A stretch of 32,000 nucleotides of DNA, from the NCBI RefSeq assembly GCF_002310835.1, contig NZ_CP011041.1, forward strand, positions 2,100,001-2,132,000, written 5' to 3'. This DNA comes from Pseudoalteromonas tetraodonis. GTDB lineage: Bacteria > Pseudomonadota > Gammaproteobacteria > Enterobacterales > Alteromonadaceae. The notes under the pieces were generated by a model. The model ran no database searches, was not told the origin of the DNA, and was given only the letters and a program-made list of their open reading frames with translations. The position numbers and the translations under genes are program-made. Shown here one piece after another: positions 1 to 8,345 of the stretch (position 1 is the stretch's first letter; each line of letters opens with the position of its first letter).

Positions 1-539
1 TGAATGATCTCTTTTTGCTTAGCACTGAGCAACGAAATTCCCTCTGCAACAATATCGTATACCTTCCACTGATTGTTATTACCTAAACGCAATTTAAAGT
101 GCAAATCAATGGTTGGCTTATTCGGTTCAATAATTTGCGTTTTAACCGTAGCAAATTTAGAGTCGCTTGCAGCAGCGTCTTGCTCAAATATTACATCCTG
201 CCCTGTGTACTTCATAAGCGCACCGGCATAAGTCCCTGTTAAGTAATGCTCTACAGCATTAATAAACGCAACACCTTGGTCGCGGTTAATACCTTTAATA
301 TGCTTACCTAATAATTTAAAAGACACAAACTTAACATCAATATGTGGCATTAAACGCTGCTGAACAATTAACGACATGGCTTCTTTGCTGGCATCGCCTT
401 TGGCATTTACCTGTCCAATATCGTTAAATAATGATTCTGCTACAGTTTGCAATAACTGCTTAGGTGATGGCTGCGTTTGTGCATACAAAGCGCTACTGAA
501 AAAAACAGCAATAACCACTAAAAGCTTTATAAGTTTCAT
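1..539 (-). CDS. MlaC/Ttg2D-family periplasmic lipid-binding protein (C-terminus lies beyond the window edge)
   Basis: Not in the ORF track because the window truncates it. Hand translation of the reverse strand from ATG at 539-537 gives a signal peptide (MKLIKLLVVIAVFFSSALYAQ). MlaC-like sequence follows (FVSFKLLGKHIKGINRDQGVAFINAVEHYLTGTYAGAL ... NNQWKVYDIVAEGISLL). Confidence 0.6.
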   Translation of the reverse strand, partial: MKLIKLLVVIAVFFSSALYAQTQPSPKQLLQTVAESLFNDIGQVNAKGDASKEAMSLIVQQRLMPHIDVKFVSFKLLGKHIKGINRDQGVAFINAVEHYLTGTYAGALMKYTGQDVIFEQDAAASDSKFATVKTQIIEPNKPTIDLHFKLRLGNNNQWKVYDIVAEGISLLSAKQKEII

Positions 540-602
540 AAAAAATGCATAGTTTAAATAATTAATTTAAGCGTAATTTACGCAAATAACAGGCAATAAA
601 AA

Positions 603-671
603 AGGCATAAATAAGCAACTTATTAATGCCTAATTGGCACCAATTGAATTAATTAAATAAATTCAATTGGT
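603..671. promoter_or_regulatory. Two AT-rich inverted repeats in the divergent promoter region between the MlaC-like and PagL-like genes
   Basis: First repeat: AGGCATAAATAAG (603-615) / CTTATTAATGCCT (619-631), 13-nt arms with 1 mismatch and a 3-nt loop. Second repeat: ACCAATTGAAT (639-649) / ATTCAATTGGT (661-671), perfect 11-nt arms with an 11-nt spacer. No gene ends here, so they are not terminators for a flanking ORF. Confidence 0.3.
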
Positions 672-785
672 TAAATAAATCAGTTAACAAGCCATATACA
701 AGCGGCTTTTTGTCCTCATTGAAAACACCAATTCACCGCCCTTATTATCCCTTTACTATTTTGACTTAAACCCTAGTTGGCAGTT

Positions 786-1322
786 ATGAAAACCTCATAC
801 AACAGACTTTTAGTTCTTGTTTTTACCCTGTTTATATTGGCTACCAAAGCCGCTTATGCATCCTCTAACCATGGTTATGCCGTCGATCTTTTAAAAGGAG
901 AAGGCAATGTAACAGGGGCAAAGCTTGCGTATCAATATCACCCTCAAGGAATGCAAAACTTTGTTGGCGATGCTCGTTTTTATTTAGAAAGCAGCGTTAA
1001 CGTGTGGCAATACCGCCATGATCAACAATCACAATCCAACGTAGTCTTGGCTGTGTCACCGGTGGTGCAATTTCCAGCATTTAGTGTATACAACACCCCC
1101 TTTTATGTAGAGGCTGGCATTGGTTTTTCATTACTTGATGAGCGCTATTTTGCTGGTAAAAACCTAAGTACTCACTATCAGTTTGAAGATAGGATAGGCC
1201 TAGTGGCAGATTTTGGTGAAACTAATGTAGCGCTGCGAATTATTCACTATTCAAACGCCGGGTTTAAAGCGCCAAACCCAGGCATTAACTTTTTAACGTT
1301 ATCGGTGGCACAACGGTTTTAA
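786..1322 (+). CDS. Acyloxyacyl hydrolase, PagL-like lipid A 3-O-deacylase family outer-membrane protein
   Basis: ORF 777..1322; I prefer the ATG at 786 (MKTSYNRLLVLVFTLFILATKAAYA signal peptide). The body alternates in a beta-barrel-like pattern and the C-terminal IIHYSNAGF...NPGINF motif matches the His/Ser (HxSN) catalytic signature of the PagL family. It ends in an aromatic residue (F), as typical for OMPs. Confidence 0.65.
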   Translation: MKTSYNRLLVLVFTLFILATKAAYASSNHGYAVDLLKGEGNVTGAKLAYQYHPQGMQNFVGDARFYLESSVNVWQYRHDQQSQSNVVLAVSPVVQFPAFSVYNTPFYVEAGIGFSLLDERYFAGKNLSTHYQFEDRIGLVADFGETNVALRIIHYSNAGFKAPNPGINFLTLSVAQRF

Positions 1323-1407
1323 TTGCTTATTTACAGCCCTAGAGAGGATTGCAGCTTTTATTTAAAGTGGTCATAATTATCGCTTAATAAAAAATAAGAG
1401 CATCGCA

Positions 1408-1557
1408 ATGCAAATTTGGCAAATCGTACTCGTTATCGTGATTGTACTGGCTATTGTTATCGGCAATTTAGTACTGCTGCGTTTAAGTGCAAAAAGCGAG
1501 TTTAAACCCTCAGCACCACGCTCATCTGCGCAAAGCAAAGAAACAAAAAAGCCCTGA
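1408..1557 (+). CDS. Small (49 aa) single-pass membrane protein, DUF2897-like
   Basis: Below the ORF-track size cutoff and read by hand: ATG 1408, TGA 1555-1557. Translation is MQIWQIVLVIVIVLAIVIGNLVLLRLSAKSEFKPSAPRSSAQSKETKKP. A strong terminator hairpin begins within the last codons of this ORF. Confidence 0.5.
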   Translation: MQIWQIVLVIVIVLAIVIGNLVLLRLSAKSEFKPSAPRSSAQSKETKKP

Positions 1558-1577
1558 ATAGTCAGGGCTTTTTTTCG
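1543..1577. terminator. Bidirectional rho-independent terminator
   Basis: Stem AAGCCCTGA (1549-1557) / TCAGGGCTT (1562-1570) with a 4-nt loop. An A-run lies upstream and a T-run downstream. It sits between the convergent small ORF (+) and the YjiH-like gene (-). Confidence 0.7.
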
Positions 1578-1591
1578 TTTAAATGATTGTT

Positions 1592-2980
1592 CTAGCCAAC
1601 TAACCAGTGTGCCATTAAGGCAATAACTGGCAAGGTTACTAAAGTTCTGAGAATAAAAATAACAAATAACTCAAAAATATTAACCGGTATTTTACTACCT
1701 AATAAAAGTGCGCCCACTTCAGACATATAAATAAGTTGCGTTACACTCATTGCCGCAATAATAAAACGTGTTACATCGCTTTCAATTGAGCCTGCGGCTA
1801 AAATAGACGGAATAAACATATCTGCAAATCCCACCATAATCGTTTGCGCCGCCATTTCGGCTTCAGGTATTTGTAGTAATTCTAAAAATGGAATAAACGG
1901 CATACCTAAATATTGAAATATTGGCGTGTACTCAGCAATAATTAAAGCAAATGTACCCACAGCCATTACCACAGGTAATACTGCAAACACCATATCAAAT
2001 GCGTTGTGTAAGCCCTCTTCAATTGTGCCTTTTAAGCCTGGTGCTTTTTCTGCTTTAGTTAATGCAACATCAAGTGAATGCTTAAATAATGTTTTGCCTT
2101 CAGGAACCAATTCAGCGTTTCCATCGGGCTCTTCACCATCAATAAGCACGTCCTTTTTAAAACGCAGTGGCGGTAAACGCGGAACAATTATCGCAGCCAC
2201 TACACCCGCTAAACACACGGTTAGGTAAAAAGGTGCAAATAAATATTCAAGCTTTACTTGGCCAATAACAACCAAACAAAAGGTAATTGATACAGCAGAG
2301 AAAGTGGTACCAATAATCGCAGCTTCACGTTGAGTGTAGTATTTATCTTCATACTGGCGTGCAGTCATCAAAATACCGACACTGCCATCACCTAACCACG
2401 AAGCAACACAGTTAACTGCACTGCGCCCCGGCACCCCAAACAATGGACGCATTACTTTAGTAAGTAAGGTACCCACCAGCTCAAGTAAACCAAAATTAAG
2501 TAATAACGGCAGTAACAAGCCCGCTAAAATAAACACCGAAAACAACACCGGTAGTAAATCTTTTAATACTAATAAACCGGTATTTTCTGAGGTAATAGCA
2601 TGCGGCCCAACTTGAAAATAAGTTAAAAGCACAAACGCCATACCAAATAACCGTGTTACTAACCAAATCCAACTCACATTAAACAAATGATTTAATAAGC
2701 GAAATTTGGTTAAGCTTTTCGGTTTAAACACACTAAATATCAACGACATAACGCCAGTAATACAAATAATTGTCGCTATTAGCCCTAGTGCTATTTCACT
2801 AAATAAGGCTTGAATTGCTTTTGCCATTACCGCAATAGGGATCGTCATTATTTCGCCAGACGGTACTGGCGTCATGAACAAAAAAACACCGATTAAAGAA
2901 GGAATTAAAAAAACCAACCATACTTTCAAATCATAACTTTTTTGGACTGGTGCTGGGCGTGATGAATCTAACTGAGACAT
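1592..2980 (-). CDS. YjiH-family / nucleoside-recognition (Gate) domain multi-pass inner-membrane protein
   Basis: ORF 1592..3004; the likely start is MSQLDSS at 2980. The protein is highly hydrophobic with many TM segments, and its overall look matches long YjiH/YjiG-type Gate-domain proteins. The family call is from memory. Confidence 0.6.
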   Translation of the reverse strand: MSQLDSSRPAPVQKSYDLKVWLVFLIPSLIGVFLFMTPVPSGEIMTIPIAVMAKAIQALFSEIALGLIATIICITGVMSLIFSVFKPKSLTKFRLLNHLFNVSWIWLVTRLFGMAFVLLTYFQVGPHAITSENTGLLVLKDLLPVLFSVFILAGLLLPLLLNFGLLELVGTLLTKVMRPLFGVPGRSAVNCVASWLGDGSVGILMTARQYEDKYYTQREAAIIGTTFSAVSITFCLVVIGQVKLEYLFAPFYLTVCLAGVVAAIIVPRLPPLRFKKDVLIDGEEPDGNAELVPEGKTLFKHSLDVALTKAEKAPGLKGTIEEGLHNAFDMVFAVLPVVMAVGTFALIIAEYTPIFQYLGMPFIPFLELLQIPEAEMAAQTIMVGFADMFIPSILAAGSIESDVTRFIIAAMSVTQLIYMSEVGALLLGSKIPVNIFELFVIFILRTLVTLPVIALMAHWLVG

Positions 2981-3045
2981 ATTTTCAACCTGTAAAAACC
3001 ACAAAAAGAGCTAAGTGCTCTTTTTGTGGGAAGTATTTATATTTA

Positions 3046-4104
3046 TTAAATTTTAATACCGCGCTTGATTAACGCCGCTTCTAATGCTTGTTGTAACCCA
3101 TTCATTGTACCTGGTTCAAGCGTTTCGCCTTTGTCATCCATCCACGTTAGACTGGTGCCACCTTGTTTGGTTTTGCTAACCAAAATTTGGTATTGACCTT
3201 CATCAATTGGAAGCTCTGTTGGTTCATCGCCCCAAATTGAATCCCACACACTGCTTTCTACTTTCGCATAATCTGCTGTAATTAAACCTGTCTCTTGGTT
3301 TACTTCAACAATTGTGAACGACAAACGCTCTAAAAATCCAGAAAAGCGATCGAATACGGTGTCATACGTTTGCTCAGTAACAAGTGCGGCATTGCCTTTG
3401 TTATCAAACCCGAGTTCTAACGAGATGATCCCTTGACGCTTACGCATATCAACTTCAAGCTGACGGTAGCGGTAATCAAACTCGCTCACTACTTGGTTAA
3501 GCGCACGCACTTCAAGCTGTTGTTTTAATAAATCAGTTAGCGGCTTATCACCTTTAAAATCAATAAGCTCAGCGGTTAAAGACGCTGTGCGTTGGTGTTC
3601 TTTTTCTTCAATGGTAAATTTAAAACGCTCTAAATCAACGCTTTCATCATTGCCCCATAACCAGCTTTCTTCAGGCTTTACAATAGCGTACCAATCGGTT
3701 ACGAGTGTTCCTTGCGTTTTATCTTGCTGTGTTGCGTTAATGTTATTATCAGCAAGCACCGCTTGAATCGAATCCCAAATAAACACATCTAAATCTTCAA
3801 TGCCGTCATTTTTATCAAAATAAATACGCGCTTGTTTATCTGCTTCCTCAACCCAACTGCCTTTAGCAATGGTTAAAACTTGCGCCGGCGGACGATAGTT
3901 TGTTGCCTCCGGATTATTATCATATTGACCCACATCCATTTTATAAACAGGATCTTGAGCGGGTTGAGATAACGATGCAGGCGCTTTAACCGGCTCATGG
4001 GCGCGGTAATTACGCTCATTATGAGCATCACTTGTAAATACACTACACCCTGACAAACTTACCAATACACTTACTGCTAGTGCTTTTGGGATCCAATACT
4101 GCAC
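3046..4104 (-). CDS. bamC: Outer membrane protein assembly factor BamC (NlpB lipoprotein)
   Basis: GTG start with GGAGA about 7 nt upstream and a lipobox LSGC. Matches to E. coli BamC include RPPAQ, TL(V/T)TDW, and a C-terminal KG(E/H)TL...ALxxAxxK region. Confidence 0.8.
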   Translation of the reverse strand: MQYWIPKALAVSVLVSLSGCSVFTSDAHNERNYRAHEPVKAPASLSQPAQDPVYKMDVGQYDNNPEATNYRPPAQVLTIAKGSWVEEADKQARIYFDKNDGIEDLDVFIWDSIQAVLADNNINATQQDKTQGTLVTDWYAIVKPEESWLWGNDESVDLERFKFTIEEKEHQRTASLTAELIDFKGDKPLTDLLKQQLEVRALNQVVSEFDYRYRQLEVDMRKRQGIISLELGFDNKGNAALVTEQTYDTVFDRFSGFLERLSFTIVEVNQETGLITADYAKVESSVWDSIWGDEPTELPIDEGQYQILVSKTKQGGTSLTWMDDKGETLEPGTMNGLQQALEAALIKRGIKI

Positions 4105-4459
4105 AGATAATTCTCCTTAGCATACCCTTAATTGTTTTAACAAATATATGAGTGGGTAATGCCGATTTGGTTCAGTGTAAAATCAATATTAACTTTACAT
4201 TTATAATTTGCTTGCCTAACTGCATTCAGCCTATGAGATAACAAACGGACTAGGCTACAAATAGACACATTTTTGCTATGGTACTTTCACAAGCTTGTAA
4301 AAACAAGAAACACTGCACTATTAACCGCCTAAAATTAACCGCTGCTATAGTTTAACGCGGGTTTTGTGTTAAACTTTGCCGCCGTGCAACGCTACGTGTT
4401 TATTTTTTTGTTGCCAAGTCGGTTGTTTTCATCCAAGTAACTTAGGTACTTTAAAACCC

Positions 4460-4993
4460 ATGACTGCATTTTCAAATCATCAAATTGTTTTAACCGCAAT
4501 TGGCGAGGATAGATCGGGCATCGTCAGTGAACTTACGCAACTCGTAAGCGATTGCCACTGTAATATTATAGATAGCCGTATTGCAATTTTAGGCAACGAA
4601 TTCACCTTTATTATGCTACTTAGCGGTGATATGTCAGCCATTAGCCGCATAGAGCATACATTACCGACCAAAGGCATGGAGCTTGGCCTGCTCACTATGA
4701 TGAAGCGTACTTCAAGCCATAATCAAAGCGAGTTTTGTGCAGGCTATACCTTAGAATATACCGGCATAGACACCCCTGGCACATTAAGTAAAGTAACGCG
4801 TTTTTTTGCAGATAATAATATTAATATTTGCTCATTAAAGTCAGACACCTACGAAGAAGAAACTGAGCTAAAAATGCGTTGTGAACTTGAATTTAATATT
4901 CCCGTTGACGTTGATATTGACCAATTTAAAATTAGTTTTGAAAACCTTTCGCACGTTTTAAACGTAGATTACATCTTTCGACGTATTCGCTAA
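4460..4993 (+). CDS. gcvR: Glycine cleavage system transcriptional repressor GcvR (tandem ACT domains)
   Basis: ORF 4376..4993; start taken at ATG 4460 (MTAFSNHQIVLTAIGEDRSGIV...). It is closely collinear with E. coli GcvR (ITALGADRPGIV, CNIEDSRLAMLGEEFTFIMLLSG). gcvR-bcp adjacency is as in E. coli. Confidence 0.85.
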   Translation: MTAFSNHQIVLTAIGEDRSGIVSELTQLVSDCHCNIIDSRIAILGNEFTFIMLLSGDMSAISRIEHTLPTKGMELGLLTMMKRTSSHNQSEFCAGYTLEYTGIDTPGTLSKVTRFFADNNINICSLKSDTYEEETELKMRCELEFNIPVDVDIDQFKISFENLSHVLNVDYIFRRIR

Positions 4994-5003
4994 GGAGTTT
5001 AGC

Positions 5004-5483
5004 ATGAACAAAATTACCCCATTACAAAGTGGCGACACAGCACCGGCTTTTAGCTTACAAAACCAAAATGATGAAACCGTCGTGCTCAGCGAGTTATTAA
5101 AAGAAAAACAAGTACTGGTGTACTTTTACCCTAAGGCGTCAACGCCTGGCTGTACCGTACAAGCCGAAAACCTGCGTGACCAACAAGCCGAGCTTGCTAA
5201 ATTTAACACCCATGTTGTTGGCATAAGCCCAGATCCGATTAAGCGTCTTAAAAACTTTGAAACAAAAAAAGAGCTTAACTTTGACCTACTCTCAGATGAA
5301 GATCATGCCATTGCTGAGGCATTTGGGGTGTGGGGCTATAAAAAGTTTATGGGCAAAGAGTACGACGGTATCCACCGCCTCACTTTCTTAGTAGGCCAAG
5401 ACGGTAAAATTAAACACTTGTTTGATAAATTCAAAACCAAAGATCACCACCAAGTGGTATTAGATTATTTAGCAGCTGAATAA
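5004..5483 (+). CDS. bcp: Thioredoxin-dependent peroxiredoxin Bcp
   Basis: 159 aa with the YFYPKASTPGCT peroxidatic-Cys motif and a GGAG RBS upstream. It lies immediately downstream of gcvR. Confidence 0.9.
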   Translation: MNKITPLQSGDTAPAFSLQNQNDETVVLSELLKEKQVLVYFYPKASTPGCTVQAENLRDQQAELAKFNTHVVGISPDPIKRLKNFETKKELNFDLLSDEDHAIAEAFGVWGYKKFMGKEYDGIHRLTFLVGQDGKIKHLFDKFKTKDHHQVVLDYLAAE

Positions 5484-5538
5484 AGGCTAAAGGCTAAAGG
5501 CTAAAGGCTAAAGGCTAAAGGCTAAAGGCTAAAGGCTA
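5483..5538 (+). repeat. Heptanucleotide tandem repeat (AAGGCTA) x 8, perfect
   Basis: Read directly. The first unit overlaps the last base of the bcp TAA stop. There are 8 identical units (56 bp), followed by AACAAGATAAAATAAAAGCG... Confidence 0.95.
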
Positions 5539-5552
5539 AACAAGATAAAATA

Positions 5553-5581
5553 AAAGCGTTGCTCAATGGCAACGCTTTTTT
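5553..5581 (+). terminator. Rho-independent terminator of gcvR-bcp
   Basis: Stem AAAGCGTTGC (5553-5562) / GCAACGCTTT (5569-5578), loop TCAATG, then a T-run. Confidence 0.8.
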
Positions 5582-5657
5582 GTATTTATCGCTTTAGTAC
5601 TTTAGCATTCCTGCCGATAGTTAAATTAGTAACAAATAACATTATGGATAATAAACC

Positions 5658-6104
5658 GTGATACAGCTAAATAAACACTCAGCCTTTGACGTTAAAATTA
5701 CAGCCGAAAAAACAAATATTACACAACAAACAAAAGACACAACAAAAAATCAGGACAACACTGATTATCAATTATCAGACAAAGAACGCAATAAACTCTC
5801 AGGAAAAGAGGCTGAGCAAAACGCTGAAAAAACAGCAAATTCAGAAATGCCTGAATATATCGCAAAAATGATAGAGCAACTTAAAGAGCTTAAACAGCAG
5901 CTTGAACAACAAAAAGAGCTACTCTCTCAATTAAAAACTCAATCCGATCCGGAAGACGAGGTCATACAAGCACAAATTGAAGCACAGGCAAATATTGTTT
6001 CATCAACACAATCTCAAGTAGTCGCGCTGGTACAAATGATTAGCCAAGCCATGAAAGACGCCGGTATTACTGACGCAGGTGCACTTGTTAGTGCCATTGT
6101 TTGA
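5658..6104 (+). CDS. Hypothetical Q/E/K-rich coiled-coil protein (FlxA-like flavour)
   Basis: 148-aa ORF with a GTG start and a weak RBS. Low-complexity N-terminus, then a heptad-like segment (YIAKMIEQLKELKQQLEQQKELLSQLK...IQAQIEAQ). The start codon is uncertain and the family assignment is tentative. Confidence 0.4.
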   Translation: MIQLNKHSAFDVKITAEKTNITQQTKDTTKNQDNTDYQLSDKERNKLSGKEAEQNAEKTANSEMPEYIAKMIEQLKELKQQLEQQKELLSQLKTQSDPEDEVIQAQIEAQANIVSSTQSQVVALVQMISQAMKDAGITDAGALVSAIV

Positions 6105-6237
6105 ATTTTCAGAGCCAAGTATTCAGCGTTATACAAATCTACCTTACAAAGGCGGCTTTATTTTTATCATCGGCTTATTATTTCAATGATAAATATGCCT
6201 ACCCTAGCGGTTAAAAAACCACGTTGTGCTTGCGTTC

Positions 6238-7728
6238 TCACTCTTCATCTAACAGTGCTTGCTGATAAATTTTATTAAACTGTTCAGCAGGTAAGTCAGC
6301 CGCAAAGTGGTATATAAGCGCTTTATATTCATCGCTTTGAATTAATTTTGAGAGTGTATTATTAAAGTTCTGCATAAATTTTATATTTTCTTCACTGCGC
6401 TCACACATTAAATGCCCAACAGTAAACGATGTTTTTAATTTCAAATCAAAGGAGTGAATATCAGCATCTGTTATATCGTGCCAATACGTGGCTACATCAC
6501 TGGGGTATTCAATAGACGCATCAAACTCTTGCAACTTCGCTAATTGTTGTAATCTAGAGAATATATTAGTGGGAGCTGGTTTTATTTTAGTTTTATCTAC
6601 CTCTTCAAGTAGAGACATAATGTCTTCGGAGAATATTCTGAATTTTGATAACCCCAACCTTAATCCACTTTGTGACACCAACTCGTCTAAATTTTTTATA
6701 TGTTTAAATTGAGCCAAGTTATTTGGAGAATAAAGTCGCGGTGCGAGATACAAAGAAAACGGCTTTGATATTAAATAGCGGCTTGCTCGTTCTGGCGTGT
6801 TAATTTTATTGGCGAAACAATGACTAATGCCAAATTGCACCTCAACATTGGTATCTGGCGCTTTTACAAACTCAATTCTGTAATCTCGCATTTCAGCCAA
6901 AATTAACTTATAAAGCTGCGCGTCGAGTGATTTTCCTTCGGTAACTGAGTTCAGTCGTAGCAAAGACTCATCGTTACTACTTAATACGATTTTTGTTTTA
7001 TTTGCGTCAAACTCTGCAAAACGCGTATTTTCATAATCTAATTTATATAATGCCTGCAACCGTCCCGATGATTTTAATTTTGGCATTGTTTGGTCAAATT
7101 TTCTCGCCAAGGCTTTCCCTTTTTCATTATTCGAAAAGGCTAAATAAATAGGCCTTGCTGGCACAACCTCTACATAATTAAGCTTTGATTTGTACTCTTT
7201 GGGAATGTTGTAGTCAAAATCAACGAAAGCATCTATGCGTTTATTGAGTAGCAGTGCCACTGCGTTTTCAATAGTAGAAGCCGGGTAATAATCGTGTGGG
7301 TATTCAATAAACTTATCGAAATTGTAGCCATCGAGCCAGCTTAATACTTTGTTGTTTAAATCAGACAGTTTATTAAACTTATGAGCAGAATCTACAAAAT
7401 ACGCATTAATTGGGTAATCGTAGTCTAAATACCAATTAGGATAATAAGCTAAAGGAATATCCTCTTTAGCAACACCAACAACAATATCATATTGTTTTTG
7501 TTCAAATAAATTGGTAATTCGTTTGTAAGTACTAAAATCAAACTCGAGCTGTTCATCCGCATAAACTTCTTTTAATAATTCAATATAAACGCCTGTTTCA
7601 TCCGGATTAGTGTAATCAACCCAGTGAGTCACGCCCACTTTTACACTAGCAAAAGCCGAGTTTATAAAAACATAAGAAAAAACAAACAACAGTAGTAGGT
7701 ATTTAGCCAAGCGCATTCTCCCAATCAC
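6238..7728 (-). CDS. Secreted protein with two tandem type-2 periplasmic substrate-binding-like (SBP_bac_3-like) halves
   Basis: 496-aa ORF with a signal peptide (LAKYLLLLFVFSYVFINSAFA). Both halves resemble amino-acid-type SBP folds (DIVVGV..., RIDAFVD...). Start is either GTG 7728 or ATG 7716. No ABC permease or ATPase gene is adjacent. Confidence 0.6.
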   Translation of the reverse strand: MIGRMRLAKYLLLLFVFSYVFINSAFASVKVGVTHWVDYTNPDETGVYIELLKEVYADEQLEFDFSTYKRITNLFEQKQYDIVVGVAKEDIPLAYYPNWYLDYDYPINAYFVDSAHKFNKLSDLNNKVLSWLDGYNFDKFIEYPHDYYPASTIENAVALLLNKRIDAFVDFDYNIPKEYKSKLNYVEVVPARPIYLAFSNNEKGKALARKFDQTMPKLKSSGRLQALYKLDYENTRFAEFDANKTKIVLSSNDESLLRLNSVTEGKSLDAQLYKLILAEMRDYRIEFVKAPDTNVEVQFGISHCFANKINTPERASRYLISKPFSLYLAPRLYSPNNLAQFKHIKNLDELVSQSGLRLGLSKFRIFSEDIMSLLEEVDKTKIKPAPTNIFSRLQQLAKLQEFDASIEYPSDVATYWHDITDADIHSFDLKLKTSFTVGHLMCERSEENIKFMQNFNNTLSKLIQSDEYKALIYHFAADLPAEQFNKIYQQALLDEE

Positions 7729-7792
7729 TTAGTTTAATATAAGCACCACCTAATACACTTTGCAAACTTGGGTTTTAGTTTGGTACTTTAAA

Positions 7793-8345
7793 AAGGTTCA
7801 AGGTTCAAGGTTCAAGGTTCAAGGTTCAAGGTTCAAGGTTCAAGGTTCAAGGTTCAAGGTTCAAGGTTCAAGGTTCAAGGTTCAAGGTTCAAGGTTCAAG
7901 GTTCAAGGTTCAAGGTTCAAGGTTCAAGGTTCAAGGTTCAAGGTTCAAGGTTCAAGGTTCAAGGTTCAAGGTTCAAGGTTCAAGGTTCAAGGTTCAAGGT
8001 TCAAGGTTCAAGGTTCAAGGTTCAAGGTTCAAGGTTCAAGGTTCAAGGTTCAAGGTTCAAGGTTCAAGGTTCAAGGTTCAAGGTTCAAGGTTCAAGGTTC
8101 AAGGTTCAAGGTTCAAGGTTCAAGGTTCAAGGTTCAAGGTTCAAGGTTCAAGGTTCAAGGTTCAAGGTTCAAGGTTCAAGGTTCAAGGTTCAAGGTTCAA
8201 GGTTCAAGGTTCAAGGTTCAAGGTTCAAGGTTCAAGGTTCAAGGTTCAAGGTTCAAGGTTCAAGGTTCAAGGTTCAAGGTTCAAGGTTCAAGGTTCAAGG
8301 TTCAAGGTTCAAGGTTCAAGGTTCAAGGTTCAAGGTTCAAGGTTC
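7793..8345 (+). repeat. Heptanucleotide tandem repeat (AAGGTTC) x 79, perfect (553 bp)
   Basis: Read directly. 553 nt = 79 x 7 with no variant unit. This is confirmed by the uninterrupted QGSRFKV 21-nt periodic translation in the ORF track. It begins about 65 bp upstream of the GTG (77 bp upstream of the ATG) start candidates of the minus-strand SBP-like gene. Confidence 0.97.

Noticed and set aside
1926-2228. Nested or antisense ORFs inside confident genes. This one lies in the YjiH-like gene. Others are 4480..4695, 5686..5871, 6488..6712, 9228..9476, 9874..10062, 9993..10175, 12399..12596, 13612..13914, 17531..17890, 18032..18289, 20038..20346, 21011..21295, 21341..21685, 23388..23708, 24045..24398, 24461..24673, 25745..26023, 27138..27332, 27417..27623, 27681..28013, 28158..28352 and 31339..31608.
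   Set aside because: All are short, overlap a longer ORF with clear homology or membrane-protein character, and lack RBS/start context and recognisable motifs. They are most parsimoniously frame noise.
4105-4459. Degraded dapA remnant between bamC and gcvR
   Set aside because: The gap is only 355 bp and has no extended open frame on the minus strand. I see no DapA-like peptide in any frame by eye.
5483-5538. Heptamer arrays as CRISPR or as coding repeats
   Set aside because: There are no spacers (pure tandem microsatellite). The bcp array starts at the stop codon, so it is not translated.
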